Shown here: positions 1 through 8,084 of the stretch, in pieces
Layout: every line of letters begins with the position of its first letter
Numbering within the stretch: the stretch's first letter is position 1
Source: Ostreococcus lucimarinus
Taxonomy: Eukaryota
Assembly: GCA_000092065.1 (NCBI GenBank)
Contig: CP000584.1
Length of the DNA stretch: 64,000 bases
Reading direction: 5' to 3' (one strand)
Notes under the pieces: model-generated
What the model saw: only the letters and a program-made list of their open reading frames with translations
Database searches by the model: none
Told to the model about the DNA's origin: nothing
Translations under genes and position numbers: made by a program

Positions 1-669
1 GCCCCACTCCACCGCGGCTCCGCGCGCGTCCGTCCCGAGCGACGCGTCGCCGTCGTCCGAAGCGGTATCCGACGTCGTCGGCGTCGCCGCACCGCGCGCG
101 CGTTCGACGTCGACCTCGTCCGCGCCACCATCGCCGCCGCCGCCGCCGCCGCCGCCGCGCCCGCGCGCGTTCCCACCCTTTCGCTCTCGACGCAAAAAAC
201 GCAGCAATTCGTCTCGCCGGCGTTCGACGTCGCCGCGCACGCGCGCCTCCACGAGCGCCACCTTCTTCGCGAACGACGCCGCGCTCGGCGATCGCCCCGG
301 CGTAAGCGCGACGTCACCGTCTCCCGCGCCTCTCGCCCGCACCGCCTCTTCCGCGCGCTTCAGTCTCGCCTCGGCGTCCTCGAGCTCGCGCCGCATTTCG
401 ACTTCGCGCGGCGTCGCCTCGTCCCTCGCCTCCATCGCCGCCTCCGACCGCGCCTTCGCCTCGAGCGCCGTCAGCGCCATCGCCGCCGCCTCCATCCGCA
501 TCGTTTTCTCCGCCTTCGCCTCTCGCCGCGCCTCGTCTCGCTCGCGTCGCGCGCTCTCGACGTCCATCTTGGCTTGCGTCTGCACCGCCTCGAGCATCCC
601 ATCGCGGCTTTCGAGCTCCTCTCGCAGCGCCCGCGCGCGCCGTTCGAGCGCGTCGACGCCCTCGCGCAT
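1..669 (-). CDS. partial CDS (N-terminal part only, runs off the window edge): E/R/A-rich coiled-coil-like protein with an internal poly-Gly run; function unknown
   Basis: The minus-strand frame is open from an in-frame stop (788-790) down to nt 1, with the first ATG at 669-667. Translation begins MREGVDALERRARALREELESRDGMLEAVQTQAKMDVESARRERDEARREAKAEKTMRMEAAAMALTALEAKARSEAAMEARDEATPREVEMRRELEDAEARLKRAEEAV..., followed by a G9 run encoded by (GCC)8. It is not in the ORF track because no stop lies inside the window. It could also be a GC-driven open frame. Confidence 0.3.
   Translation of the reverse strand, partial: MREGVDALERRARALREELESRDGMLEAVQTQAKMDVESARRERDEARREAKAEKTMRMEAAAMALTALEAKARSEAAMEARDEATPREVEMRRELEDAEARLKRAEEAVRARGAGDGDVALTPGRSPSAASFAKKVALVEARVRGDVERRRDELLRFLRRERKGGNARGRGGGGGGGGDGGADEVDVERARGAATPTTSDTASDDGDASLGTDARGAAVEWG
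133..156. repeat. (GCC)8 trinucleotide microsatellite
   Basis: gccgccgccgccgccgccgccgcc read directly from the sequence; it encodes the poly-Gly of the minus-strand open frame. Confidence 0.6.
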
Positions 670-821
670 CGCGCGCGCCTTTTCGCGTCCCGAAGCGCCG
701 CGTCCGGCGCTCGCGCGTCGCGGTGCGCCGCGCTCGGCGCTTCGGGACGCGCGCGCGGGACGATTTTCGCCGACCGCGCGCGTCGTTCACCCGTTCGCCG
801 CGGAGCGCGGCGCGCGCCGGG

Positions 822-1150
822 ATGGGCAAGCCCTGGCTCGAGGGGTTCAAGTTCGCGACGTACCTCGCGGTGCCGATCGCGCTCACGGTGACGTTCGCGT
901 TCAATCCGGACAACCTGAACGGCATCATTCGAAACGTGCGTTTCGTTCGAGTCGGGCGCGACGCGACGCGCGCGACGCGCGACGCGCGCGCGCGGACGTC
1001 GACTGACGAAGCGCTCGACGTCGATCTCGGTTCGCGACGCAGCGCGCGTACGTGGTGTACCCGCCGGAGGGCCCGAAGCCGCCGCAATCGAAGCGAGCGC
1101 TGGACGCGTACCTGACGCGACGCGCGGCGGAGCGAAGACGCGAACGATGA
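822..1150 (+). CDS. PET100: PET100-like cytochrome c oxidase assembly microprotein, 2 exons (822..935, 1043..1150), 73 aa
   Basis: Exon 1 is ATG at 822 then MGKPWLEGFKFATYLAVPIALTVTFAFNPDNLNGIIRN, which matches the human PET100 pattern MGVKLEIFRMIIYLTFPVAMF... A GTGCGT donor sits at 936 and ACTGAC at 1002-1007, 36 nt upstream of the CGCAG acceptor at 1038-1042. Exon 2 encodes RAYVVYPPEGPKPPQSKRALDAYLTRRAAERRRER*, where YPPEG matches human WPPEK. The total of 73 aa equals the human length. The unspliced read-through ORF 723..1115 is in the track. Confidence 0.55.
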
Positions 1151-2475
1151 GCGTCGCGACGACGGCGCGCGTCGGATGGCGTCGCGAGGGCGCGCGGAGA
1201 GCGCCGTCGCGCGGGAGGCGACGCGTGCGCGCGGTGGCGAGGACGCGCGGGGACGAGCGCGGGGACGAAGGCGGCGCGACGAAGGTCTTCGTCTTCGTGA
1301 ATAAGAAATCGGGAGGACGGCGGGGGAGGGAGGTGCTGCGGCGGTTGAGGGAGACGCTGAAACCGCCGCACGTGGTGCTCGACGCGACGAAAGTGCGAGG
1401 GGCGATCGATCGGGGCGAGGTGGATTGGGACGCGGAGACGCGCGTGCTCGTCGCGGGCGGCGACGGTACGGTCGGAATGGTGGTGGACGCGCTTCGACGG
1501 CGGCGTCGCGAGCCGCCGCCGATCGCGATCGCGCCCTTGGGCACCGGTAACGACCTGGCGCGCGTGTTAGGTTGGTCCGGCGACGTGTGGGATGATTCGA
1601 GATTGTTTAGCGAGCGGCGCGTCGTGAGCACGCTTCGGCGCGCGAGACTGCAACGCGTCGATCGATGGTCGCTCGAAATCACTCGCCCGCGACGACGATC
1701 GACGACGAAGAAATTGTTTAGCAATTACATGGGCATCGGTGTCGACGCGCGCGCGGCGTTGGCGTTCGACAGCGCGCGTAAAGATCGTCGTTGGACGTGG
1801 CTGTTCGTCCACGCGCTGACCAACAAGCTCCTGTACGCCGTCTTCGGCGCGCGCGATTTCATAGAGCACTCGTTCGCCGGGTTGAAGCGCGACGTCGAAG
1901 TCACGGTAGATGGAAAAGTGATCGATTTCCCCGAAGACACCGAAGGGATCATCTTGCTCAACATTAATTCCTTTTCGGGCGGCGTACGGATGTGGGCGAC
2001 GAGCGACGAGTTTACGAAATCGCTCAAAGACGACGGCGTCTTGGAGATCGTCGCCGTGAGCGGGGCGCTGCACTTAGGACAGCTCAACGCGCGATTGGCC
2101 AAACCCGTGCAAGTGGCGCAAGGATGCGACGTCCGCATCGAGCTCAAGCGCGATTTGCCGGTGCAAATCGACGGCGAGCCGTGGCTTCAGCGCGGCGCGG
2201 CCACCTTGCGCGTCTCGCTCAACGATTCGTTCACCATGCTCAGGCGTCCGCGTCAAGATCGAATCAACGACTTGCTCGCGCGTTGGTCACGCTCGAACGG
2301 ATTCGCGAGCGAAGACGACGACGCGACGTCGGCGTCGAGCGACGAGCGCCGCGCGAGACGTCGCCGCGCGTTCGCGTTCGCGTTCGCGTTCGCGCTATGC
2401 CTCGCGCTCGCCGCGTTCGTGTTCCCGTGGCGTCATCGGCTCGCGCGCCTCTTCGCGCTGCGCCTCGGGTTGTAA
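1147..2475 (+). CDS. DGK: diacylglycerol kinase (catalytic plus accessory domain), C-terminal hydrophobic anchor
   Basis: KVFVFVNKKSGGRRG, LVAGGDGTVGMVVDAL and IAIAPLGTGNDLARVLGW are the DAGK catalytic-domain motifs. ATG at 1147-1149 is the only in-frame Met before the domain. The C-terminal FAFAFAFALCLALAAFVFPW segment is hydrophobic. The stop TAA lies inside TTGTAAACG, a UGUAA-like motif. Confidence 0.85.
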   Translation: MSVATTARVGWRREGARRAPSRGRRRVRAVARTRGDERGDEGGATKVFVFVNKKSGGRRGREVLRRLRETLKPPHVVLDATKVRGAIDRGEVDWDAETRVLVAGGDGTVGMVVDALRRRRREPPPIAIAPLGTGNDLARVLGWSGDVWDDSRLFSERRVVSTLRRARLQRVDRWSLEITRPRRRSTTKKLFSNYMGIGVDARAALAFDSARKDRRWTWLFVHALTNKLLYAVFGARDFIEHSFAGLKRDVEVTVDGKVIDFPEDTEGIILLNINSFSGGVRMWATSDEFTKSLKDDGVLEIVAVSGALHLGQLNARLAKPVQVAQGCDVRIELKRDLPVQIDGEPWLQRGAATLRVSLNDSFTMLRRPRQDRINDLLARWSRSNGFASEDDDATSASSDERRARRRRAFAFAFAFALCLALAAFVFPWRHRLARLFALRLGL

Positions 2476-2496
2476 ACGTAACAAAAAGAACACAAA

Positions 2497-2527
2497 AAGA
2501 ACAAAAAAAATAAAAAGAATGAAAAAG
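2497..2527 (-). terminator. Pol III terminator T-runs downstream of tRNA-Lys
   Basis: The minus strand immediately 3' of the tRNA reads TCTTTTTCATTCTTTTTATTTTTTTTGTTCTTTTTGTG, with T5, T5, T8 and T5 runs. This is the only A/T-rich patch in the region. Confidence 0.55.
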
Positions 2528-2528
2528 A

Positions 2529-2710
2529 TACCGCGTACGGGGCTCGAACCCGTGACCACACGCTGTCCTTGAACAGCTCTCGGGCGCTCGCGCGCCCTCG
2601 TCGTGTCGTTGTGCGTCGCGAGTGCGACCTCGCGCGTTTAGGCTTACGCCGTCGAAGACTGATTAGAGTCTCTTAAAAGGCGTGCGCTCTACCAACTGAG
2701 CTAACGAGGC
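2529..2710 (-). tRNA. trnK-UUU: tRNA-Lys (anticodon UUU) with a 109-nt intron at the canonical 37/38 position (exons 2674..2710 and 2529..2564; intron 2565..2673)
   Basis: The 5' half is GCCTCGT TA GCTC AGTTGGTA GAGC G CACGC CTTTTA. The 3' half is A GCGTG TGGTC ACGGG TTCGAGC CCCGT ACGCGGT A. The D arm and the T arm with a GGTTCGAGCC T-loop are intact. The anticodon stem CACGC/GCGTG pairs only after intron removal. The acceptor stem has 6 of 7 pairs (4:69 is U-C, 1:72 is G-U). A Pol III T-run follows the 3' end. Confidence 0.7.
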
Positions 2711-2864
2711 ATAGATGGCCGAAAGGACCGTAATATACGACATCCACGATTTTTGTCCCCCCCCAACCGCGACGTCGCGCGTTCGTGCGTGTTACGGTTT
2801 CTTTGCGCGCGCCGACCGACCGGGCGCGACATCTCGCGCGGCCGACATCGTCGCGCGCCCGGCG

Positions 2865-3656
2865 ATGTCGACGTCGGATCTCTCCGACGTCGAGACCGCG
2901 CGCGAGGCGCGCGCGGAGTCCGGTCGCGCCGCGTGCGCGCGCGTGCTCGCGACGCAGCGCGACTACTACCGCGTCCTCGAACTCCCGCGCGCGGCGAGCG
3001 CGGCGGACGTGAAGAAGGCGTACCGAAACCTCGCGCGCGTGCTGCACCCGGACAAGTGCGATGACCCGCGCGCGACGGACGCGATGGCGATCGTCACCTC
3101 GGCGCACTCGACGCTGACGACGCCGGCGCTGAGGGCGGCGTACGACTTGTACGCGGCGCGCGTCGACGTCGGCGACGCGAACGCGGATTCCTTCGGCGAG
3201 TGGCAGAGCAAGGAAGGCGCGGCGGCGGTGCATCTGCCGCCGTGGTTGATCAAAGCGATGGCGACGCCGGTGTTGGCGCAACTCATCGGGTTCTTGGCGC
3301 TGGTGCTGTTGTTGGCCGCGGCGGCGTTGGCGTTGGCGTTGGCGTTGGCGTACTTCGTCGTGCACATGGCGTTTTGGTTCGCGTGCTGTTTCGGGTGCTG
3401 CGGCTCGTGCTGGCCGCGTTACGGCATGGGCGCGCGCGTTCACGCCAAGCGTCAGGCCCGTTTCACGGAGATGCTCAAGGATTACGAGCGCGCCGCGATG
3501 GAGGCGTCGGCGCGCGGCGACGAGGGACCCGCGCCGACGGTTTTCTTCGCGCAGTGGAACGTCGACCACCCGGAGCCGGATTGGGTCGAGCGCATTCGCG
3601 AGGAGGACCGCGCCGAGGCCGCCGCGCGCGCGTCGCCGGCGTACGGCGCGACGTGA
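2865..3656 (+). CDS. DnaJ (J-domain) membrane protein
   Basis: The J domain is DYYRVLELPRAASAADVKKAYRNLARVLHPDKCDDPRATDAMAIVTSAHSTL with the HPD motif. A hydrophobic segment LIGFLALVLLLAAAALALALALAYFVVHMAFWFACCF follows. ATG at 2865 is chosen because the ORF-track start at 2715 abuts the tRNA. Confidence 0.8.
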   Translation: MSTSDLSDVETAREARAESGRAACARVLATQRDYYRVLELPRAASAADVKKAYRNLARVLHPDKCDDPRATDAMAIVTSAHSTLTTPALRAAYDLYAARVDVGDANADSFGEWQSKEGAAAVHLPPWLIKAMATPVLAQLIGFLALVLLLAAAALALALALAYFVVHMAFWFACCFGCCGSCWPRYGMGARVHAKRQARFTEMLKDYERAAMEASARGDEGPAPTVFFAQWNVDHPEPDWVERIREEDRAEAAARASPAYGAT

Positions 3657-3745
3657 CGACCGGCGCGCCTAGTTTGTTGTAATATCGTACCGCGCAACCT
3701 CTTCGCGCTCTTCGGCGGTCCAACCGCCGACCGCCACTCCGCGCC

Positions 3746-4690
3746 ATGGATCGCGCGGCGGTCGCCGCCGCCGACGACGCCGCGTCGACGTCGGACGACG
3801 CGTTCGCGTACGTCGCGCGCGCGCCGTTCGAGCCGCGGCGCTTCGCCGCGCTCCTGCGCGCGAACTTTGACGTCGCGCGCTTCGGCGACGGCGGCGACGA
3901 CGTCATCGCCGGCGCCGCGCGCGACGAGGGCGCGTTCGAGGGCGCGCGCGCGGCGTCGGGCGTGGTTTGGATCGCGTCCCGGCCGAACGTGCGCGGGATC
4001 TTTAGGATGGACGACGGGGACGACGGCGTCGTCGTCGTCGCGTGCGCGGGCGCGTGGCACGAGGACGGCCGCGGCGCGTGCGAGACGCCGGCGGAGGCGA
4101 GCGAACGCGTCTTCTTCGGCGATCGAAGGCAGCACGTAGTTTTTGAAGGCCGCGATCTCGACGCGATGAAAATTAAAGCGCGATTGGACGCGTGCTTGCT
4201 GACCGAAGCCGAGGACGCGGACGAGACGAATCGCGCGAACGAGTCGTACTGCGGTTCGACGTGGCCGACGGCGACGGAGGTGATGGCGAGCGCGGGCGTG
4301 GAGGCGGTCGAGCGCGGGGTGAAACACAAGGCGTTTTACCCGAGCGGTGGCGTCGACGGCGTCGTGGCGTCGACGGCGGCGATGTCGGTGTCGACGTCGC
4401 GCGAGCGCGGCGGCGACGCGTTCCGGGACGTGCGCGTTCCGGAGGCTTTCGCGCCGCCGCTCGCGGGGCAATCAGAAAAGACGTTTCCGGACGGGCAAGT
4501 CGGGTACTTTTTTGAGGACATGCCGTGTTTGGAGTGCGGGTCGCCGTGGTGGTTCGGTGAAGACTGGGACTCGCGTTGCGCCAACTGCGGCGCCGACGAT
4601 CGCACGTACGGCGGCGATCAACGTCCGATTCGGTCAAAGCGGCGGATTTACGACGAGTTTCGCGCGGCGTGGCGTCGACTCGCTGATTGA
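3746..4690 (+). CDS. hypothetical acidic protein: CobW C-terminal-domain-like region plus a C-terminal CxxC...CxxC zinc ribbon
   Basis: ATG at 3746. The segment FAYVARAPFEPRRFAALLRANFDV...SGVVWIASRPNVRGIF...VVFEGRDLDAMKIKARLDACLL follows the CobW_C profile (F..rPF...f..lL, GvvWia, vfiG.dLd...l...L..Cl) but has no GTPase domain. The tail is CLECGSPWWFGEDWDSRCANCG. Confidence 0.45.
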   Translation: MDRAAVAAADDAASTSDDAFAYVARAPFEPRRFAALLRANFDVARFGDGGDDVIAGAARDEGAFEGARAASGVVWIASRPNVRGIFRMDDGDDGVVVVACAGAWHEDGRGACETPAEASERVFFGDRRQHVVFEGRDLDAMKIKARLDACLLTEAEDADETNRANESYCGSTWPTATEVMASAGVEAVERGVKHKAFYPSGGVDGVVASTAAMSVSTSRERGGDAFRDVRVPEAFAPPLAGQSEKTFPDGQVGYFFEDMPCLECGSPWWFGEDWDSRCANCGADDRTYGGDQRPIRSKRRIYDEFRAAWRRLAD

Positions 4691-4713
4691 ATTGTATTGA
4701 ACATTTTTAGAAA

Positions 4714-7700
4714 TTAGAAACCGACGAACTTTTCTTCGCTCGAGTTCGGCGGCGGACCGTTCATCCACGTAAACTTACCCGTCTTCGCGTCTTTGATGCT
4801 CGACAAGTCGGCTCGCGAGAGCTGTTCGGGGAGGAAATGAAGCGGGCGAAGTTTGCCGCTCATGACGGCTTCCCAGTCGATGGTTTCGTACCACGCGTGA
4901 CCCTTGATAGCGCCCAAGCCCGGCGCACGAATGCCTAAGCGGAGCGATTCGTCGCGCACGAAAATTTGCGACAACATCTCGTGCACGTCGTTGTCCATGC
5001 GTCGCGGCACGGGGACGGCGGCGAAATCCGCGCGAACGATGCGTTTGTACAAATCGCGACGCTGTCGGTCGCGAAACGGCGGAAATCCGGCGATCATTTC
5101 AAACACCAAGATACCGAACGCCCAGATATCCGCCGCGCGCGTGCATCCTTGATGCAAGATGAGCTCCGGCGCGAGGTAATCCGGCGTGCCGCAAATGGTG
5201 TACGCGCGTTGGCCTTTTTCCAACTTTTTCGCAAATCCAAAGTCACCGATCGTGATCGAGCCATCCGAGCGCAAGAGCAAGTTTTCGGGTTTCATGTCGC
5301 GATAGACATACCCGGCGCTGTGAATGTACTCCAGCCCGAGCAAGACTTGCGCGGTGTACACTTTGATTTGCCCAATGCCGGGTAATCCGCTTCTGTTGAA
5401 CAAGTCAAACATATCGCCGACGCAATCCTCGACGACGAGATATAGTGCCCATGGGTCCTGAAACGAGGCATAGTAGTTGCAAACGAACGGTGCATGGCGG
5501 AGTTCTTCTAGCGCGCGCCTTTCTGCCATACAATGCTCTTCTTCACCGTTTTCGATGACTTGCGATTTCGGCATGGTTTTAATCGCACACACCTTGCCCG
5601 AGCCCTTGTGCTTGGCGCGCAACACCAGACCGACCATGCCTTGTCCGAGGATGTCCACGACTTCGAACTCATTCAGACTCTTCGTACCTTGAAGCTCTAC
5701 GATCGTGGGACTGTGCGATCGTAGCGAGCCACTGAGCGCTGAGGAACGCTTCTCTTTAAGCGACGTCGCCGGCGGCTCGTGCAACATCGCCGTCTCCTCC
5801 GCGAGCACTGGCAAATGACCCGCTGATCCAGCTTGCGGAGACTTCTTCGCTCGTCCAAACGCGGCAAACTTCTTGCCAAAACGTAGGTGCTCGCTGGACG
5901 TTGATAACAGGTTCGATTGCGATCCGCTCGATGGCGACGGTGGCGACGGATCCAAGAACGTCGACACCGGCGCGCTGAGGTTAGGCGCGCTCGGATTCGC
6001 CGCGATCCGAAGACCAGCCAAAGCGCTGCTCGATCCTCGTTGCCGGCTCTCAGCACCTGGAATTCCGACGCCCGATTCTTCGTCGGCGCGCCTACTCGGC
6101 TCCATGTCTGCGCCGACGGAATCGACACCGATGACTTGCAAGACAAAGTTTTGCGTGCACGTCAAAATCACCGTATCCGTGAGCGCAATGTACACCCCTT
6201 GCATGGTCGTCTCTCCCGCCAAGACTTCGTCGCCGAAGTATCCACCGCTCGTGATCTTTCTGACCTTCGTCCGTCCGTTTTCCTTCATAGAGCACTCGAC
6301 TTCTCCGTCCATCACCATGAACATCTTCACTTGCATGCCTTCTCTGAAAATGACTTCACCGGCGCGGTAAGCGCGTCTACCGCGCTGCACGAGCAATTCA
6401 CTCAACGCCTCTAAACTCGCGTGTTCAAATGGCTTGAACACCGGACAATGTATGACGGCATCGTACGCCGCCTTGCGCGCCTTGGACATGACGTCTTGAA
6501 TCACCGCCGCGAAGACTTTTCGCGTGATGCCGAGCAAGACAGAATCCTCCGCGGCGACAAGCTTTGAAGGCGACGGCGTCGGTTCGGTGAGCACTTCTTC
6601 ACCCCACGTGTCACCAGACTTTAATGTCGTTCCATCCGGCACGACGTTAACTTTGCCATCAATGAGAAGGTAAAACGTATCCGCGCCTTCTCCCGCTTGT
6701 ATCACCGTGGCCCCCTCCGGGAACACCAAGCGCGTCGCCGCCTTGCTCAACGCCTCGACTAAAAGCCCGGCCAAACCGGCGTGACGCACGGCTGGAATCG
6801 AGCGAAGCGCCGATGCGAAAATATCGAGCTCCCACGATTGCGGCGGCGTCACGAGGTCGATGTATTGCGTGTTTTGAATGCCGCTTGCGCCTTCGCTCAC
6901 GCCCGGCAACGTTTGCTCCGTCGGGACGAAATCGGCGTCTCGAGGGATGGAAAATCGCTGCGAAATCGCGCGTCGATGACGCCTTAAAAGGAGAACCGAC
7001 TTAATGTACGCCAAGTCCGTCTCGCTCACCTTGCCGTGGGTCTTCATGTCCAAAAGTAAAAAACAATTTTCAACCGTGTCGCCGACGGTGAATAAATTTC
7101 CTCGAATCACGCTAATACCTCTCGCGACGCACGCGGTACAAAAATCTGCCATCAGCCCCGGTCGATCTAGCACTTGCATTTTAATCTCTGTCGCGTTTTC
7201 CACATCCTTATCGTCGAAGAGCACGCCGTGCACGCTTCGTTCCTTGGACACGAACGTTTCGTCTCGCTCCTCCTCCGCGAAGGGGCCGTACTTCTCCGTG
7301 TCCTCTGGGTCCTCCTCCGTCACCGCCTCCAGCGCGGCTTGCCTCTTCTCCGGTTTCTTCCGCACGATGTCCTCCAACTCTTGACTCACCTGCTCGCTCG
7401 ACTGTTCGCTCAATTTACACCGCGTCTCCTCCTCGCACACGTACAGCGTGTACAACACGCGTCGACTGTCCCGCACCACGTCCGCCTGCACCACGTTCAC
7501 CCCTTTCCGCGTCAAGTACGTCGCGATCTCGCTTATCAACCCAACGCGATCGGCGCACTCGATCCGTATGTACGTGTGATGCTCGTTCGCCGTGTTGCTC
7601 ACCGCCACGCGCGCCGCGTCCGCGTCGTCCGCGTTCAAAGTCGTCCCCGCGAGCTCGTCCGCCGCGTCCGCGACGCCGTCCGACCTACTCCCGCCTCGCT

Positions 7701-7743
7701 TCGAGCTTCGCGCGCGACTGAGAAATCTCTTGAGCAGTCCCAT
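4714..7743 (-). CDS. cGMP-dependent protein kinase-like AGC kinase with two N-terminal ACT domains and two cyclic-nucleotide-binding domains
   Basis: ATG at 7743. Two ACT domains are marked by YIRIECADRVGLISEIATYLTRKGVNVVQADV and IKMQVLDRPGLMADFCTACVARGISVIRGNLF. Two cNMP-binding domains are marked by GATVIQAGEGADTFYLLIDGKV and GEVIFREGMQVKMFMVMDGEV. The kinase has LGQGMVGLV, VCAIK, YRDMKPENLLL, DFGFAKK and GTPDYLAPE, with an AGC C-terminal tail. Confidence 0.85.
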   Translation of the reverse strand: MGLLKRFLSRARSSKRGGSRSDGVADAADELAGTTLNADDADAARVAVSNTANEHHTYIRIECADRVGLISEIATYLTRKGVNVVQADVVRDSRRVLYTLYVCEEETRCKLSEQSSEQVSQELEDIVRKKPEKRQAALEAVTEEDPEDTEKYGPFAEEERDETFVSKERSVHGVLFDDKDVENATEIKMQVLDRPGLMADFCTACVARGISVIRGNLFTVGDTVENCFLLLDMKTHGKVSETDLAYIKSVLLLRRHRRAISQRFSIPRDADFVPTEQTLPGVSEGASGIQNTQYIDLVTPPQSWELDIFASALRSIPAVRHAGLAGLLVEALSKAATRLVFPEGATVIQAGEGADTFYLLIDGKVNVVPDGTTLKSGDTWGEEVLTEPTPSPSKLVAAEDSVLLGITRKVFAAVIQDVMSKARKAAYDAVIHCPVFKPFEHASLEALSELLVQRGRRAYRAGEVIFREGMQVKMFMVMDGEVECSMKENGRTKVRKITSGGYFGDEVLAGETTMQGVYIALTDTVILTCTQNFVLQVIGVDSVGADMEPSRRADEESGVGIPGAESRQRGSSSALAGLRIAANPSAPNLSAPVSTFLDPSPPSPSSGSQSNLLSTSSEHLRFGKKFAAFGRAKKSPQAGSAGHLPVLAEETAMLHEPPATSLKEKRSSALSGSLRSHSPTIVELQGTKSLNEFEVVDILGQGMVGLVLRAKHKGSGKVCAIKTMPKSQVIENGEEEHCMAERRALEELRHAPFVCNYYASFQDPWALYLVVEDCVGDMFDLFNRSGLPGIGQIKVYTAQVLLGLEYIHSAGYVYRDMKPENLLLRSDGSITIGDFGFAKKLEKGQRAYTICGTPDYLAPELILHQGCTRAADIWAFGILVFEMIAGFPPFRDRQRRDLYKRIVRADFAAVPVPRRMDNDVHEMLSQIFVRDESLRLGIRAPGLGAIKGHAWYETIDWEAVMSGKLRPLHFLPEQLSRADLSSIKDAKTGKFTWMNGPPPNSSEEKFVGF

Positions 7744-8084
7744 CGCGCGCGTCGCGCGCGCGCGCGTCCTCGCGCGTCGCGCCTTTACGATTGTTTATCG
7801 CGCGCGCGTCGCCTCGCGCGCCTCCGACGCGCTCGACGCGTCGCGCGCGCGTCCTCGCGCCGTCGCGCGCGCGCGCGCGTCGGACGTCCGGTCGCGCGTC
7901 GCTCGCGTCGTCGCGCGCGCGTCGTCGCGCGCGCGTCGTCGCGCGTCGAGCTCTGCGGTCGCGTCGGTCGCGGGACGCGGTCGGGACGCGGTCGGGACGC
8001 GCGCGCCGCTTCGCGACGCGCGACGACGCCGACGCGCGCGGCTCGCGACGCGCGCGCGCGTCCCGGACGCTCGACGTCGCGCGC

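Noticed and set aside
2715-2864. ORF-track start of the DnaJ gene at 2715
   Set aside because: It would start 4 nt from the tRNA-Lys 5' end. The J-domain protein is better explained from ATG 2865.
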